Positions 9,266 through 21,258 of a DNA stretch of 64,000 bases are shown here, piece by piece (the first letter of the stretch is position 1; every line of letters begins with the position of its first letter). The notes below the pieces were generated by a model. The model was not told where the DNA came from. It worked only from the letters and a program-made list of their open reading frames with translations, and made no database searches. The translations under genes were made by a program, and so were the position numbers. Source of the DNA: an uncultured delta proteobacterium (lineage in GTDB: Bacteria > Myxococcota_A > Polyangia > Polyangiales > Polyangiaceae); contig CAVQUB010000015.1 in NCBI GenBank assembly GCA_963716725.1, positions 160,001 to 224,000 on the forward strand, given 5' to 3'.

Positions 9266-10633
9266 TCACTTGCCGCTGGCAGCGCACTTCATCGCGCACT
9301 GCAGATCGCCTGGCGCGCAACCGCAGCCACCGCTCGGCTTCGGCTTGGGCTTCTCTCCGGCCGCCGGCTTCTCCCCGCCGGGTGCCGGCTTGGGCTTTTC
9401 GCCGCCCGGCTTGGCCACGTAGCCGCCGACGGGCTTCTTTCCTGCCGCGACGGGCTTCTTGTCTTCTTCGGCCGTCCCCGTTGCAGGAGGCTTGGCGGTC
9501 GACTCTTCGGTGGGCGTTGGGGCCGGCGTGGGGGTCGGCGCTGGCGCAGCAGTGGCCACGGCCGTGGGTGCGGGCGGGGGGGGCTGCGTCTTGCCCACCA
9601 CGACGATGGCCGCCGCGATGGCGATGGCGGCGACCGCGATGCCAGCCCCGATGAAGATGCCGGTCTTGCTCTTCTGAGGCGACGCCATGGGCATCGCGAT
9701 TTGCGACTCGACACCGCCGCCGAGGGGCGGCGCGAGCCCGAGGGGCGGCGCCATCCCGAAGGGCGATGGGGTGAGCTGCGCCATATGCTGCGCGGGTGCG
9801 TCTGACGCCGCCGTGAGGGCCTTCAGGTCGATCAGACCCGAGTCCTCTTTGGTGGTCGAAGTCCCGCCACCACCACCGCTGGTCGCCGCCAACGAAGGCG
9901 ACGTCGGGGCCGGAGCAGATGCCGTCAGCGCGCTGAGCGAGAAGAGCACGCTCGATTCGTTGCGCGCTCCGGTTCCCCCGGCCGAGGCCGAAGACGCGGA
10001 GGAGCCCGCCGGCGGTGCCGGCTCGCGTGCGCTGGTCGTCACGTCTTGTTCGCTACCGGCGGTCTCGAACGACGACCCGAACAAGTCGGCGGTCGAACCT
10101 CGGCTGCCACCTATGCGTGCGGCTGCGCGCGCCGCGCTCGGGACGTCCGCGGGTTTCGACTCCCAGGGTGCAGCTGCCGGACTCGCGATGTCGCTCGAGT
10201 GGATCAGATTGCTGGGGGCCGGGGCGGCGGCAGGAGCCGAGGCCGCGGAGTTGAGCGCGTCCACGAGCGCTGGCACTTGCCCGACGGCTTGCCAGTCTGC
10301 CATCCCGTCGGCCCACACGAAGGTCTCGGCCGTGAGCTGCCCTGAGTTGTACGCCGCGACCACCTCGGCGACCGTCATGGTGCGCTGATCGTTGTCGCCA
10401 AAGTCGACCGAGTACTCGCCGGCGTCCACGGTGGGAGCGCCCGCAGCGCTGGGATCTGAAGCGCCGACCTGGGACGCGCCTGCGTCACCCGCGGAGACGC
10501 TTGGAGGATCGACCTTGCCGTCAATGACGATCGTCGCGCCGCACTTCCGGCAGCGGATCTTGGCGAGCTTGTCTTGAACCTTTTCGTCTGCGATCGAGTA
10601 CTTGGCCGCGCAGGCGGGACACGAGATCTTCAC
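9266..10633 (-). CDS. Zinc-ribbon (MJ0042-type) plus GYF_2 domain bitopic membrane protein, AgmX/GltJ-like architecture
   Basis: GTG start, then KISCPACAAKY..KIRCRKCG; ETFVWADGMADW (GYF_2); RNESSVLFSL and DSGLIDL motifs; one TM; Pro-rich tail; C-terminal CGCAPGDLQCAMKC. Confidence 0.8.
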   Translation of the reverse strand: MKISCPACAAKYSIADEKVQDKLAKIRCRKCGATIVIDGKVDPPSVSAGDAGASQVGASDPSAAGAPTVDAGEYSVDFGDNDQRTMTVAEVVAAYNSGQLTAETFVWADGMADWQAVGQVPALVDALNSAASAPAAAPAPSNLIHSSDIASPAAAPWESKPADVPSAARAAARIGGSRGSTADLFGSSFETAGSEQDVTTSAREPAPPAGSSASSASAGGTGARNESSVLFSLSALTASAPAPTSPSLAATSGGGGGTSTTKEDSGLIDLKALTAASDAPAQHMAQLTPSPFGMAPPLGLAPPLGGGVESQIAMPMASPQKSKTGIFIGAGIAVAAIAIAAAIVVVGKTQPPPPAPTAVATAAPAPTPTPAPTPTEESTAKPPATGTAEEDKKPVAAGKKPVGGYVAKPGGEKPKPAPGGEKPAAGEKPKPKPSGGCGCAPGDLQCAMKCAASGK

Positions 10634-10968
10634 GGTGCACCTGTCTGGGTTGCCCACCGCCGTTCGGTGGCGCAATCGCTTTTCCCATACATTATCAGGA
10701 GATACGTTCGGGTTCACATTTCGGTCTGAAAACCCGATCGGAGGGACCGTTGTACCACGCCCTGAGGCCCGGGTCCCACGGCACAATTGGCTTTTCTCGG
10801 CGGTCATCGTCCATTCTCCTTCGGACCTGCCGTGCCCCATTCGCGGGGCCGGCCAGCCCCTCCGACCTCAGCTCTCGCCCTCGCCTTGGGAAAGCCAGGC
10901 ACGAGTTTGGTTCGGCGCCGCGGTGGGCGCTTGTCCCACTCGGGTCCCGGCGCGTCGACGCTGCCCGG

Positions 10969-11601
10969 TCAGTGCATCTTCGGGCGGTCTTGGGCCACGA
11001 ACGACTGCACGCTCGGTCGCCGCCAGATTTCGCGGGCGTAGTCGACGAGGCGCGCGGGGACCGCGTCTCCGTTGACGATCAGCCGCTGCAGGGCCAGCGC
11101 CAAGTCTACGTCTGCCATGGTGACGTACGCGAAGATGGATCCCCCGACCTCTGGTACCAACCGCTCGGCGACGGAGAACAGCTTGTCGCGGGCCGCCAGC
11201 GCTCGTTCCGAGAGGGGGGTGCTCACCGGTGCGAAGAAGATGGCAGTGGTGGGGCGAGCTGCGCGCAGCTCGCCGAGATCGGTGCGCAGCCAGGCCATGA
11301 TTTGCCGCGCCCGCGCCCGGTCTTGGATCGAGTCCGGGTAGAGTGGCGGGAAGTCTGGGGCAGGGAATGCCTCCTCCAAGTACTCGACGATTGCCTGCGA
11401 CTCGGAGAGCACGAAGCCGTCATGGTCGATGCTGGGCACCCGCGCGGTCAGCGAGGCGTCGCGATAGCCAGGCGTCGACTGCTCTCCGGCCGTGAGATCG
11501 AGGGCGCGGGTTTCGAAATCGATGCCCTTCTCCCGGAGCGCGACGTACGCCGTCAGCACCCAAGGGCTGTCCCACATCGATTCGCCGTAGAGCGTGATCA
11601 T
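10969..11601 (-). CDS. Glutathione S-transferase (YfcF-like)
   Basis: SPWVLTAYVALREKG, SLTARVPSIDHDGFVLSESQAIVEYL, RARARQIMAWLRTDL and ADVDLALALQRL. Confidence 0.88.
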   Translation of the reverse strand: MITLYGESMWDSPWVLTAYVALREKGIDFETRALDLTAGEQSTPGYRDASLTARVPSIDHDGFVLSESQAIVEYLEEAFPAPDFPPLYPDSIQDRARARQIMAWLRTDLGELRAARPTTAIFFAPVSTPLSERALAARDKLFSVAERLVPEVGGSIFAYVTMADVDLALALQRLIVNGDAVPARLVDYAREIWRRPSVQSFVAQDRPKMH

Positions 11602-11831
11602 CTCGATGCCGGAGAGTCCCGCGTCGGGTGCTGGACGGCAAGCTCGGCCATCGCTCCCCGCGAAAAGTGCGAGGGTGACGGCCCCGATTTGCTCGGCCAG
11701 TTGTGGGCGACAGCTCCGTGATCATCGCGGCGCGGAAGAGCCCCGTGTCGGGCGCCGGACGGCGAGCTCAGCCATCGCCCCCCGCGAAAAGCACCAGGGT
11801 GATGGCCTCGATTTGTTCGGCCAGCTTCGGG
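11593..11831. repeat. Degenerate tandem duplication with a 124-bp period (about 83% identity over 110 bp by manual alignment)
   Basis: The segment starting at 11593 aligns without gaps to the one starting at 11717. The unit spans the GST start codon, the intergenic spacer and the last codons of the J-domain gene. Confidence 0.85.
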
Positions 11832-12316
11832 TTGACGTTGCCGTCGAACACCAAGGCCTTCTCCAGCTCCCGCTTTGCCGCTTCGAGCTCGCCCTTTTCC
11901 AGCAGCTTGCCGGCCTTCTGAGCGGCGAGCTTGGCGCCGCCGGAGCGGGCCAGTTCGTCGAGGCCTTTGCTTCGAATGCTGACCGGGGGTTGGGTTTCGG
12001 CCCTGGGGGCGAGTGCCTCTCCCAGTCGGCGGATGCCGCGCTGCAGGCCCATGTCGTAGCGAATGCGAAGCTCACGATCCGCGAGCACGCGATGGGCCTC
12101 GGTGCCCCGTTGGTAGACCCGGCCCACCATGGCCTGAATGGGAACGGGTGCGTCTCGGAAGAGATCCGGGTGAAAGGTCAGGGCGAAATCCCGGAACGCT
12201 TCCCGCAGCGCTTCGTCGTCGCAGATCTCCAGCACCCCGAGGATCTCGTAGTAGGTCGAATCGTCGAGGACCTCGTTCCACTCCTGCAGGCGCTCGAGGT
12301 TCGCGCCGTCGTTCAT
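11768..12316 (-). CDS. J-domain (DnaJ-like) co-chaperone with a C-terminal TPR-like helix pair
   Basis: TYYEILGV, FHPD motif, AHRVLADRELRIRYD. Start overlaps the stop of the Hsp70 gene. Confidence 0.85.
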   Translation of the reverse strand: MNDGANLERLQEWNEVLDDSTYYEILGVLEICDDEALREAFRDFALTFHPDLFRDAPVPIQAMVGRVYQRGTEAHRVLADRELRIRYDMGLQRGIRRLGEALAPRAETQPPVSIRSKGLDELARSGGAKLAAQKAGKLLEKGELEAAKRELEKALVFDGNVNPKLAEQIEAITLVLFAGGDG

Positions 12317-15081
12317 GACATCATCGGCATCGCCGCCTGACGTGCGGCCATCTCGGCGACGTTGCCCATGTCCGGAACCGCCACCAAGCGCACGACCACC
12401 CGCGCCTCGTGGCCTGTCGCGACGTCCAGCGCGCGGATGTTGAGGATGCCGTCGGTGTCCAGCCCGAAGATGACCTCGATCTTCACCTGGCCACGCTGCG
12501 CCGGCCGGAGCCCCGAGAGTTCGACCTCGCCGAGCAGCGTGTTCTCCCGAAATGCTTTGGACTCACCTTGAGCGACGCGGACTCGCACGGTCGTCTGGTT
12601 GTCGGCGGCAGTGACGAAGGTCCGACTGCGTTCGCAGGGGACCGGCGAGTTTCGCCCAATCACCGGATCGCAAAACCCCTGAACCGTTTCGACGGTCAAG
12701 GTGAGCGGAGTCACGTCGACCAAGAGCGGCGTCGCCGGCCCGCCGGGCATCTGTTGGATCACCGGGGTTGGGGCGAAAGCGCTGGCTGCGCCCGCCGTCG
12801 CGACGCCCAGGGGAGGCGCCCAGGCCGGCGCGGCCTGGGCCGATTCCTGCGTTCGTGGAGCGCCCAAGGGCACGCCGAAGGGTGGAGGCATTCCCGGTGA
12901 GGACCCGCCCGTCGCTGAGGGGACTTCGTTCATCGGCGCGGTCGCCAGCGGCGCGCTACCCAGCGGGGCCGAGATCAACGTGCTTGGCTGACCGAAGGGT
13001 CCCGCAGTGGGAGTGGGTGCTCCGAAGGGTTGGGTCATCCGTCCGCCACCGAGCGCGGGCCCCGGCGAGGTCGGCGTCGTGAGCGACTCGGGGAGGCCGC
13101 GCATGGGCGGCGGCGGCGGGGCCGCGGGCATCCTCAGCGTGCCGCCCAGCGGCGCCTGGGCCTGGGGCGACGTGGCCGTGTCCATCGTCATGTCTTCGTC
13201 GTCGGGAATGCTCGGGAGCGGGAGCGCCCGCTCGTCGATGGACGCGCGGGAGCCGGGGCGTGGCCGGTTGACCTCGGTGACTTCGTCGGTCGACAGCGGG
13301 CCCGCCATGCGCCGGAGATCCGCGGTCGTCGGCACTTGCAGGGCGCTCGGATCGTCGTAGAGGATCTCATCGTCGCTGAGCCGATGAGCGATGCTCTCTT
13401 CCTTGAGCTTGGGCATCGGCCCGGTCCCTTGGGGCTGCGTCGTGCGGGGCTTCTGTGGGGTGCTGGCGTAGCGGGCGAGAAAGCTGGCGATGTGGCCGGC
13501 TTCCGCCGTCGGGTCCTCGAGGCCCGGAAGATTGATGGGGCCTCGTTCTGGAGGAACGATTTGACTGGGGCCGTCGCCGCCCATGCCTGGATCCGTCATG
13601 CGGCGTGCTTTGTCGGCGTCCGGCCCGAGCCCCGATCCGGTCGGGACGCGACCGCGCGCTCCGAGCCCCGAGACCGTGCCCGGAGGCTGGGTGCCCGGCG
13701 GCGCGCCGTCGCTCGGAACCACCACTCGCTGCGCGGCGCCGATCGGCAGTTGCCGCGCCCCGGAGTCGGCCTGCACCCCTGGGTTCGTCGCTTTGCGGCT
13801 GCGCCCGCCGTACGGCTCGGTGCCCGGCTCTGCCGAGGTGGGGGGACGCGCGACGCCCGGCGGCCAGGTCTGGCCCTTGCGCGCCATCGGACCCCGCGCA
13901 GCGGGCGATGGAGCGATGGGCATCTCACGCCGCCGCTCGGTCCCGCCCGTCAGCGCCGCGGCTTGGATGGCCGCACCGATGGCGACGACCTCGTCTGGAC
14001 TGACGTGGCCGAGTACCGGGCGTTTGAAGAAGCTCTCGACGTGCTGTCGCACCATCGGGATACGCGTCGAGCCACCGACCAGAAGCACTTGATCGAAGTC
14101 GCCGACGCCGATGCGCGCGATGTTCATGGCCTCGCGACAGACCTCGAAGGTCTTCTCGATGATCGGGCCCGAGAGCGCTTCGAACTCCGCGCGCGTCATG
14201 CGGAACTCGAGATCGAGGGGTTTGCCCCCGGCGCCGTGCGCGACTTCGGGGAGTCGAAGCATCACCTCGTTCTCGCGCGAGAGCCTTATTTTGACCTCCT
14301 CCGCCGCGGCCCGGAGCCGCTCGTAGGCCTGGCCGTCCGCGCGCGGATCGGTCTTGTGCTGCTGGAGAAACATGAGCGCCATGCGATCAGCGACGGCGAT
14401 GTCGATGTCATCTCCACCCAGGAAGGTGTTGCCCGCGGTCGCGAGGACCTCGAACACGTTTTCGCTCAAATCGAGCAGAGTGACGTCGAAGGTGCCGCCG
14501 CCGAAGTCGTACACGGCGATACGTTCATTGGCGGACTTGCCGTAGCCGTACGCCAGCGCCGCAGCAGTGGGCTCGTTCAAGATCCGCAGCACTTCGAGGC
14601 CCGCTACTCGTCCGGCGACCTTGGTCGCGGCCCGCTGGAGGTCGTTGAAGTTGGCGGGGACCGTGATCACGGCTTTCTCGACGGGGGCGCCCAACGCGGC
14701 CTCGGCTACCGCCTTGGCGCGGCGCAATACGAAGGCGCTGATCTCGGGCAGCGTGTAGGTCTGGGCCCGCGCGACGACGAGCGCTGCCTGACCGGGCCCC
14801 TCGCGCATTTCGAAGGGAAAACGCGAGCGCGCCTGCTTCACCTCTTCGCTGTCCCAACTCCTGCCGATGAGTCGCTTGATGGAGTAGACCGTGTTTGCGG
14901 CGTCCACCAAGCGGCGATCCTTCGCGGTCTTTCCCACCAGCACGTTGCCGCTCGGATGGAACGAGACCACCGAGGGGATGAGGCGGTTCCCGTGTTCGTC
15001 GGCGAGGGCCGCGGCGTGTCCGTCTTTGACCACGCCGACGACTGTGTTGGTCGTGCCCAGATCGATTCCGACTACCGTCAT
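12313..15081 (-). CDS. Hsp70/DnaK-family protein with a long Pro/Gly-rich insertion
   Basis: [47 protein letters not shown] and [13 protein letters not shown]. About 400 aa of low complexity follow, then LLVDVTPL and the SBD-beta (TAADNQT). Confidence 0.92.
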   Translation of the reverse strand: MTVVGIDLGTTNTVVGVVKDGHAAALADEHGNRLIPSVVSFHPSGNVLVGKTAKDRRLVDAANTVYSIKRLIGRSWDSEEVKQARSRFPFEMREGPGQAALVVARAQTYTLPEISAFVLRRAKAVAEAALGAPVEKAVITVPANFNDLQRAATKVAGRVAGLEVLRILNEPTAAALAYGYGKSANERIAVYDFGGGTFDVTLLDLSENVFEVLATAGNTFLGGDDIDIAVADRMALMFLQQHKTDPRADGQAYERLRAAAEEVKIRLSRENEVMLRLPEVAHGAGGKPLDLEFRMTRAEFEALSGPIIEKTFEVCREAMNIARIGVGDFDQVLLVGGSTRIPMVRQHVESFFKRPVLGHVSPDEVVAIGAAIQAAALTGGTERRREMPIAPSPAARGPMARKGQTWPPGVARPPTSAEPGTEPYGGRSRKATNPGVQADSGARQLPIGAAQRVVVPSDGAPPGTQPPGTVSGLGARGRVPTGSGLGPDADKARRMTDPGMGGDGPSQIVPPERGPINLPGLEDPTAEAGHIASFLARYASTPQKPRTTQPQGTGPMPKLKEESIAHRLSDDEILYDDPSALQVPTTADLRRMAGPLSTDEVTEVNRPRPGSRASIDERALPLPSIPDDEDMTMDTATSPQAQAPLGGTLRMPAAPPPPPMRGLPESLTTPTSPGPALGGGRMTQPFGAPTPTAGPFGQPSTLISAPLGSAPLATAPMNEVPSATGGSSPGMPPPFGVPLGAPRTQESAQAAPAWAPPLGVATAGAASAFAPTPVIQQMPGGPATPLLVDVTPLTLTVETVQGFCDPVIGRNSPVPCERSRTFVTAADNQTTVRVRVAQGESKAFRENTLLGEVELSGLRPAQRGQVKIEVIFGLDTDGILNIRALDVATGHEARVVVRLVAVPDMGNVAEMAARQAAMPMMS

Positions 15082-15674
15082 GCTGCGTGTTCTCCGTGCT
15101 CGATGGGCGAGCGAAGGTCGGTCCCGCGAAGTTCAGGGTGTTCGTTCGAGATGTCTTCGAGCGCGCGATCGTACCAGTGCTGCACCTGCCGATCGAAGGG
15201 CCACATCCAGCCGTAGTCGGGTCCGGTGAAGCGACGCACGATCTGCGACCGCAACTCGGGGGCTCGGGCGGCAGCCAACCCGGCGAGCTCCGCCGTGGCG
15301 CGCAGGGTTTCGGTGTAGGCTTCCCACTCGATGCGCGCGCGGCCGTAGGCGAGGCCAAGCGGGAAGAACGGAACCAGGTAGAGGAAGGTCATCAGCGCGA
15401 AGCCGTAGCGACGGCGTTGGCGCAGATGAACGCGCTCGTGCCGCAGCACGATGGCGCGGTCGATGTCCGCCGTCGCGTCCCATGAGGCCGGGAGGTACAG
15501 GGTGTCTCCGATGACTGTGTGGTACACGCTCAAGTAGCCGCGCTGGCCCCCAAGAGTCACGATCCGGAGCGCGCCGTCGATAGCCCGGCTGAGCGCGTCC
15601 TGGCGCTTGTCGACGGTGCGAAACCTTGGAAACTCTTGACGAATTTCCTTGATCAGGGCGTCCGATAGCCGCAC
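15078..15674 (-). CDS. Hypothetical protein with an HExxH zinc-metalloprotease-like motif
   Basis: LRHERVH followed by a hydrophobic segment and EWEAY. Its stop overlaps the Hsp70 start (ATGA). Confidence 0.65.
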   Translation of the reverse strand: MRLSDALIKEIRQEFPRFRTVDKRQDALSRAIDGALRIVTLGGQRGYLSVYHTVIGDTLYLPASWDATADIDRAIVLRHERVHLRQRRRYGFALMTFLYLVPFFPLGLAYGRARIEWEAYTETLRATAELAGLAAARAPELRSQIVRRFTGPDYGWMWPFDRQVQHWYDRALEDISNEHPELRGTDLRSPIEHGEHAA

Positions 15675-15706
15675 CGCACGAGCTTAGCACCAATGAGGAA
15701 ATCGGC

Positions 15707-16675
15707 TTAGTTCAGGCAATCGCCCTCGCCGAGGGCGCGTCCGTTCAGCAGATCCGCGGCGCCGAGCTCCTTCTTGCCCTCGAGCTGGGCTCGGAGGACT
15801 TCCACGCTGCCGTCGCCGGTGGCGACCAAGATCTCCCGTCCGATGCCCAGAGCAATGGTGCCCGGAGGACCCGCGGCGCTCTGCCGAGAGACCGCCGCGC
15901 GGGTGAGGCGCAAGTGCTTGTCGCGGACGCTGGTGTGGGCGCCCGGGCGCGGCGCCATGGCCCGGATCAGGTTCACGATTTCCAGCGCCGAGGCGGACCA
16001 ATCAACGCGGGTGTGAGCCTTGGTGATGAGCGGCGCGTGGCTGGACTGGGTCTCGTCCTGAGGTCTGGCGGCGAGGTCTCCCGCCACAGCGCGGGGCAAA
16101 TCCTCTCGAACCACGACCGCCGCGAGGCTCGCCAGGCGCTCGGCCAGCTCGCCGCCGGTCTCGTTGGGGCCGATGGCTAGCGCCCGCGCCGTGAATACCG
16201 GGCCGGTATCGAGGCCCGCGTCCATTTGCATCAGGCTGATGCCCGTCTCGTGTTCGCCTCGGGCGATGGCCCAGTTGATGGGCGCCGCGCCGCGGTATTT
16301 GGGCAACAGAGAGGCGTGGAGGTTGAGGCAGCCGAGGCGAGGCGCGGCCAAGACGGCCTCCGGCAGGATCCTGCCGTAGGCCATCACCAGGGCGACGTCG
16401 GCGTCCTGCTCTCGAAGCCAACGCTCGAGCTCGCCCGTCCTGACCTTGGTCGGCTGATGTACCGGCTTGCCGAGGCGAGCTCCGGCCAGCTTCACCGCCG
16501 GTTCAGCCAATTGGAGGCCGCGCCCCGCTGGGCGGTCGGGCTGACAGACCACCGCAACGAGGTCGGTCGTTTCGTGCAGGGCCTCGAGGGCGGGCACTGC
16601 GATGGCGGGAGTGCCGAAGAAAACGCTACGAATGCGGGACACGGGTGCTGGCCTCTCAGGTGCGTCATCCAGCAT
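15707..16675 (-). CDS. fmt: Methionyl-tRNA formyltransferase
   Basis: VFFGTPAIA, QPDRPAGRG, MAYGRIL, NLHASLLPKYRGAAPI and GLDTGP. Confidence 0.95.
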   Translation of the reverse strand: MLDDAPERPAPVSRIRSVFFGTPAIAVPALEALHETTDLVAVVCQPDRPAGRGLQLAEPAVKLAGARLGKPVHQPTKVRTGELERWLREQDADVALVMAYGRILPEAVLAAPRLGCLNLHASLLPKYRGAAPINWAIARGEHETGISLMQMDAGLDTGPVFTARALAIGPNETGGELAERLASLAAVVVREDLPRAVAGDLAARPQDETQSSHAPLITKAHTRVDWSASALEIVNLIRAMAPRPGAHTSVRDKHLRLTRAAVSRQSAAGPPGTIALGIGREILVATGDGSVEVLRAQLEGKKELGAADLLNGRALGEGDCLN

Positions 16676-16766
16676 AGACGCGATCGGACGGAGTGCTTAG
16701 CTTGACCCGCGTGCCCGAACGTCACAAAAGTCGAGCGACCCCCTGCGTCGGGTCGAAAGGTACCCC

Positions 16767-19202
<2,436 letters not shown>

Positions 19203-19213
19203 TCGGAGCCGCG

Positions 19214-20350
19214 TTACCCCGTTCGCACCAGATCTGCGCCACGGCACTCGTAGCGCCGGAGGATCACGTTCCCCCTCATCCAACTCGCGACCAGCAGCGA
19301 GGTCCCGGTCCACGCTGCTCGAGAGCCCGGGACTCCGAAGGCCGCGGGCAACACCGCGCCGAGATTGCCCAGGGCATCGCCGAGATTCATTTCGAAGGGC
19401 GGTGACCCCGGCGCCGAGAGCCGGGGGCGTCCGAGCACGCACTCGAGCTTGGGGCTCGTGAGATCCACGTTGCGTTCGCGGTCGCCGAGGCCACCGATGC
19501 GCATGCCGCGTCGACCTTCCGCGCACTCGAGCACGAACAGCGCGTCCGAGCCGACGCGCAGCGAGCCGAGCGGATCGCAGCCGGGAGCGGGCTTCGAGAG
19601 GCCCACGTAGAGCGGGTCCGGCTGCCGCATGAAAGCAGTGACCTCGCTACGGCTCGAAGCGCGCGAACAGTAGGCGTAGTGCGAACGTTCGCCGACCAGC
19701 TCGAATCCGGCGAGCGGCGACGGGCAGGGGCTCGGGACGCTGGCGGGCAGGCCGCGCAGCTCTGGCCCGGTGGAGAGCAGTTCGCGGAAGCGAAAGGTGG
19801 CGCACTGCTTCTCGTCGTCGCAGGGCTCGTCCATTCCGCGTGTGAGTGCCACCATCCGGTGCTTGTCGCTGACCGCGAAGGCGACGTGTCCGCGCCGAGT
19901 TGGATCACCGACGCTGACCTCGGATAGGGCAAAGGCCTCGGAGAACGACCTCGTCTCGGCGTCGCCGATCACGCCGAAGGTCGCGGCCCCCGAAGCCGAG
20001 CGGCTGAGCCAGGCGAGGCCGACGCGACCGCCCAGGCTGGCGCCGGCGATCTCGATGATTGGGTTGCCCGGGGACAGCTTCACCTCGATCGGAGCGCCCC
20101 CGGCGCGGCCGGATCCATCGAGCAGCTCCAGTTCGAGCCCGCCCCTCGGGCGGCCCCAGGCCAAGAGCGCGCCGTCCTGAATCGCCAACAGATCGAACGC
20201 CACCTCGCCCTCGACGGCTCGCTCGGGCAGCGGCGCCGAGGGCGTCGGGCCGGGCCGCGCGCTGCTGGAAGGTGCCGGCGTCGGCGAAGCTCGCCGTTGG
20301 TCGCAGGAGAGCGCCAGCGCCAGCACGAGCCCGATCAGTGATCGTCCCAC
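19214..20350 (-). CDS. Hypothetical lipoprotein
   Basis: Lipobox LALSC, Pro/Ser linker and Cys pairs; fills the gap directly downstream of the ROK gene. Confidence 0.6.
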   Translation of the reverse strand: MGRSLIGLVLALALSCDQRRASPTPAPSSSARPGPTPSAPLPERAVEGEVAFDLLAIQDGALLAWGRPRGGLELELLDGSGRAGGAPIEVKLSPGNPIIEIAGASLGGRVGLAWLSRSASGAATFGVIGDAETRSFSEAFALSEVSVGDPTRRGHVAFAVSDKHRMVALTRGMDEPCDDEKQCATFRFRELLSTGPELRGLPASVPSPCPSPLAGFELVGERSHYAYCSRASSRSEVTAFMRQPDPLYVGLSKPAPGCDPLGSLRVGSDALFVLECAEGRRGMRIGGLGDRERNVDLTSPKLECVLGRPRLSAPGSPPFEMNLGDALGNLGAVLPAAFGVPGSRAAWTGTSLLVASWMRGNVILRRYECRGADLVRTG

Positions 20351-21042
20351 AGTCGGATCCCGCCTCGAAGCCCCTGCACGTTCTCGAAGCGCACCACGTT
20401 GTCAGGCAGCGTGAGCTCGAGCTTCTTCAGATTGCCGCCGCCCAGGTACAGCGTGTCGAAGTTGAAGATGGGCGCGAGCTGGTCGAGCATTCGACCGACC
20501 CGCTTGCTCCAGCGCTGCCGCCCGATCCGGTCGAGTTCCTTCTCGCGGACCCGCTCCTCGTAGGTCAGCCCCTTTTCAAAGGGGTGGTGGCCGAGTTCGA
20601 GATTTGGAACCAGGTGTCCGTTCACGAAGAGCGCAGCCCCGAGGCCGGTGCCAAGTGTGAGCACCATCTCGACGCCTTCGCCGCGCACCACGCCGTAGCC
20701 CTGCAAATCAGCGTCGTTGATGACCCGCGCCGGGCAGCCCGCGAGCTCGGAGATTTCGGCCTCGAAGGCCTGTCCCGCCCACAGCGCGGTGTCGAGGTTC
20801 GGGGCCGTCTTCACGACCCCCTGCCGCACGACGCCCGGGAAGCCAACGCTGACGCGATGGAAGGGGCGATGCGCTTGAAACATCCGGCCGAGCACCTCGA
20901 GCACCGTCACGGGCAAGGCAGGCCTCGGCGTCAGCTCGCGCGTGCGCTCGGTCACCGGATGGCCGTCCGCGTCGAGGACCAGCATCTTGATGCCCGTTCC
21001 TCCGATGTCGACCGAGAGCGTGCGAGGAGAAGGTTCGTTCAT
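20335..21042 (-). CDS. ROK-family kinase, polyphosphate glucokinase-like
   Basis: SVDIGGTGIK, SVGFPGVV, INDADLQG, TLGTGLG, NLELGH and YLGGGN. Confidence 0.88.
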   Translation of the reverse strand: MNEPSPRTLSVDIGGTGIKMLVLDADGHPVTERTRELTPRPALPVTVLEVLGRMFQAHRPFHRVSVGFPGVVRQGVVKTAPNLDTALWAGQAFEAEISELAGCPARVINDADLQGYGVVRGEGVEMVLTLGTGLGAALFVNGHLVPNLELGHHPFEKGLTYEERVREKELDRIGRQRWSKRVGRMLDQLAPIFNFDTLYLGGGNLKKLELTLPDNVVRFENVQGLRGGIRLWDDH

Positions 21043-21258
21043 CTGCGAGAGCGCTCCGGAGTGGTTCGTGGACGGCGAGAGTAGACGCTTTTGCCCGCCG
21101 CTGCCGCTGCATCCAACCCAAGCCCTGGCCGCAGGCCGCGTCGCGTGGTTCTGGTAGCAGCGAATCGCCGCCGCGATCGGCGCGGGCGGCAGGCGAGTCG
21201 GCTCGGGATCGGGCCACCGGTTGCAGCCAGCCATCTAGATCGCTAGCGTCCTTCGCCC

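Noticed and set aside
11593..11831. DGR template/variable repeat pair
   Set aside because: Mismatches are not confined to adenines of one copy, and no reverse transcriptase is present.
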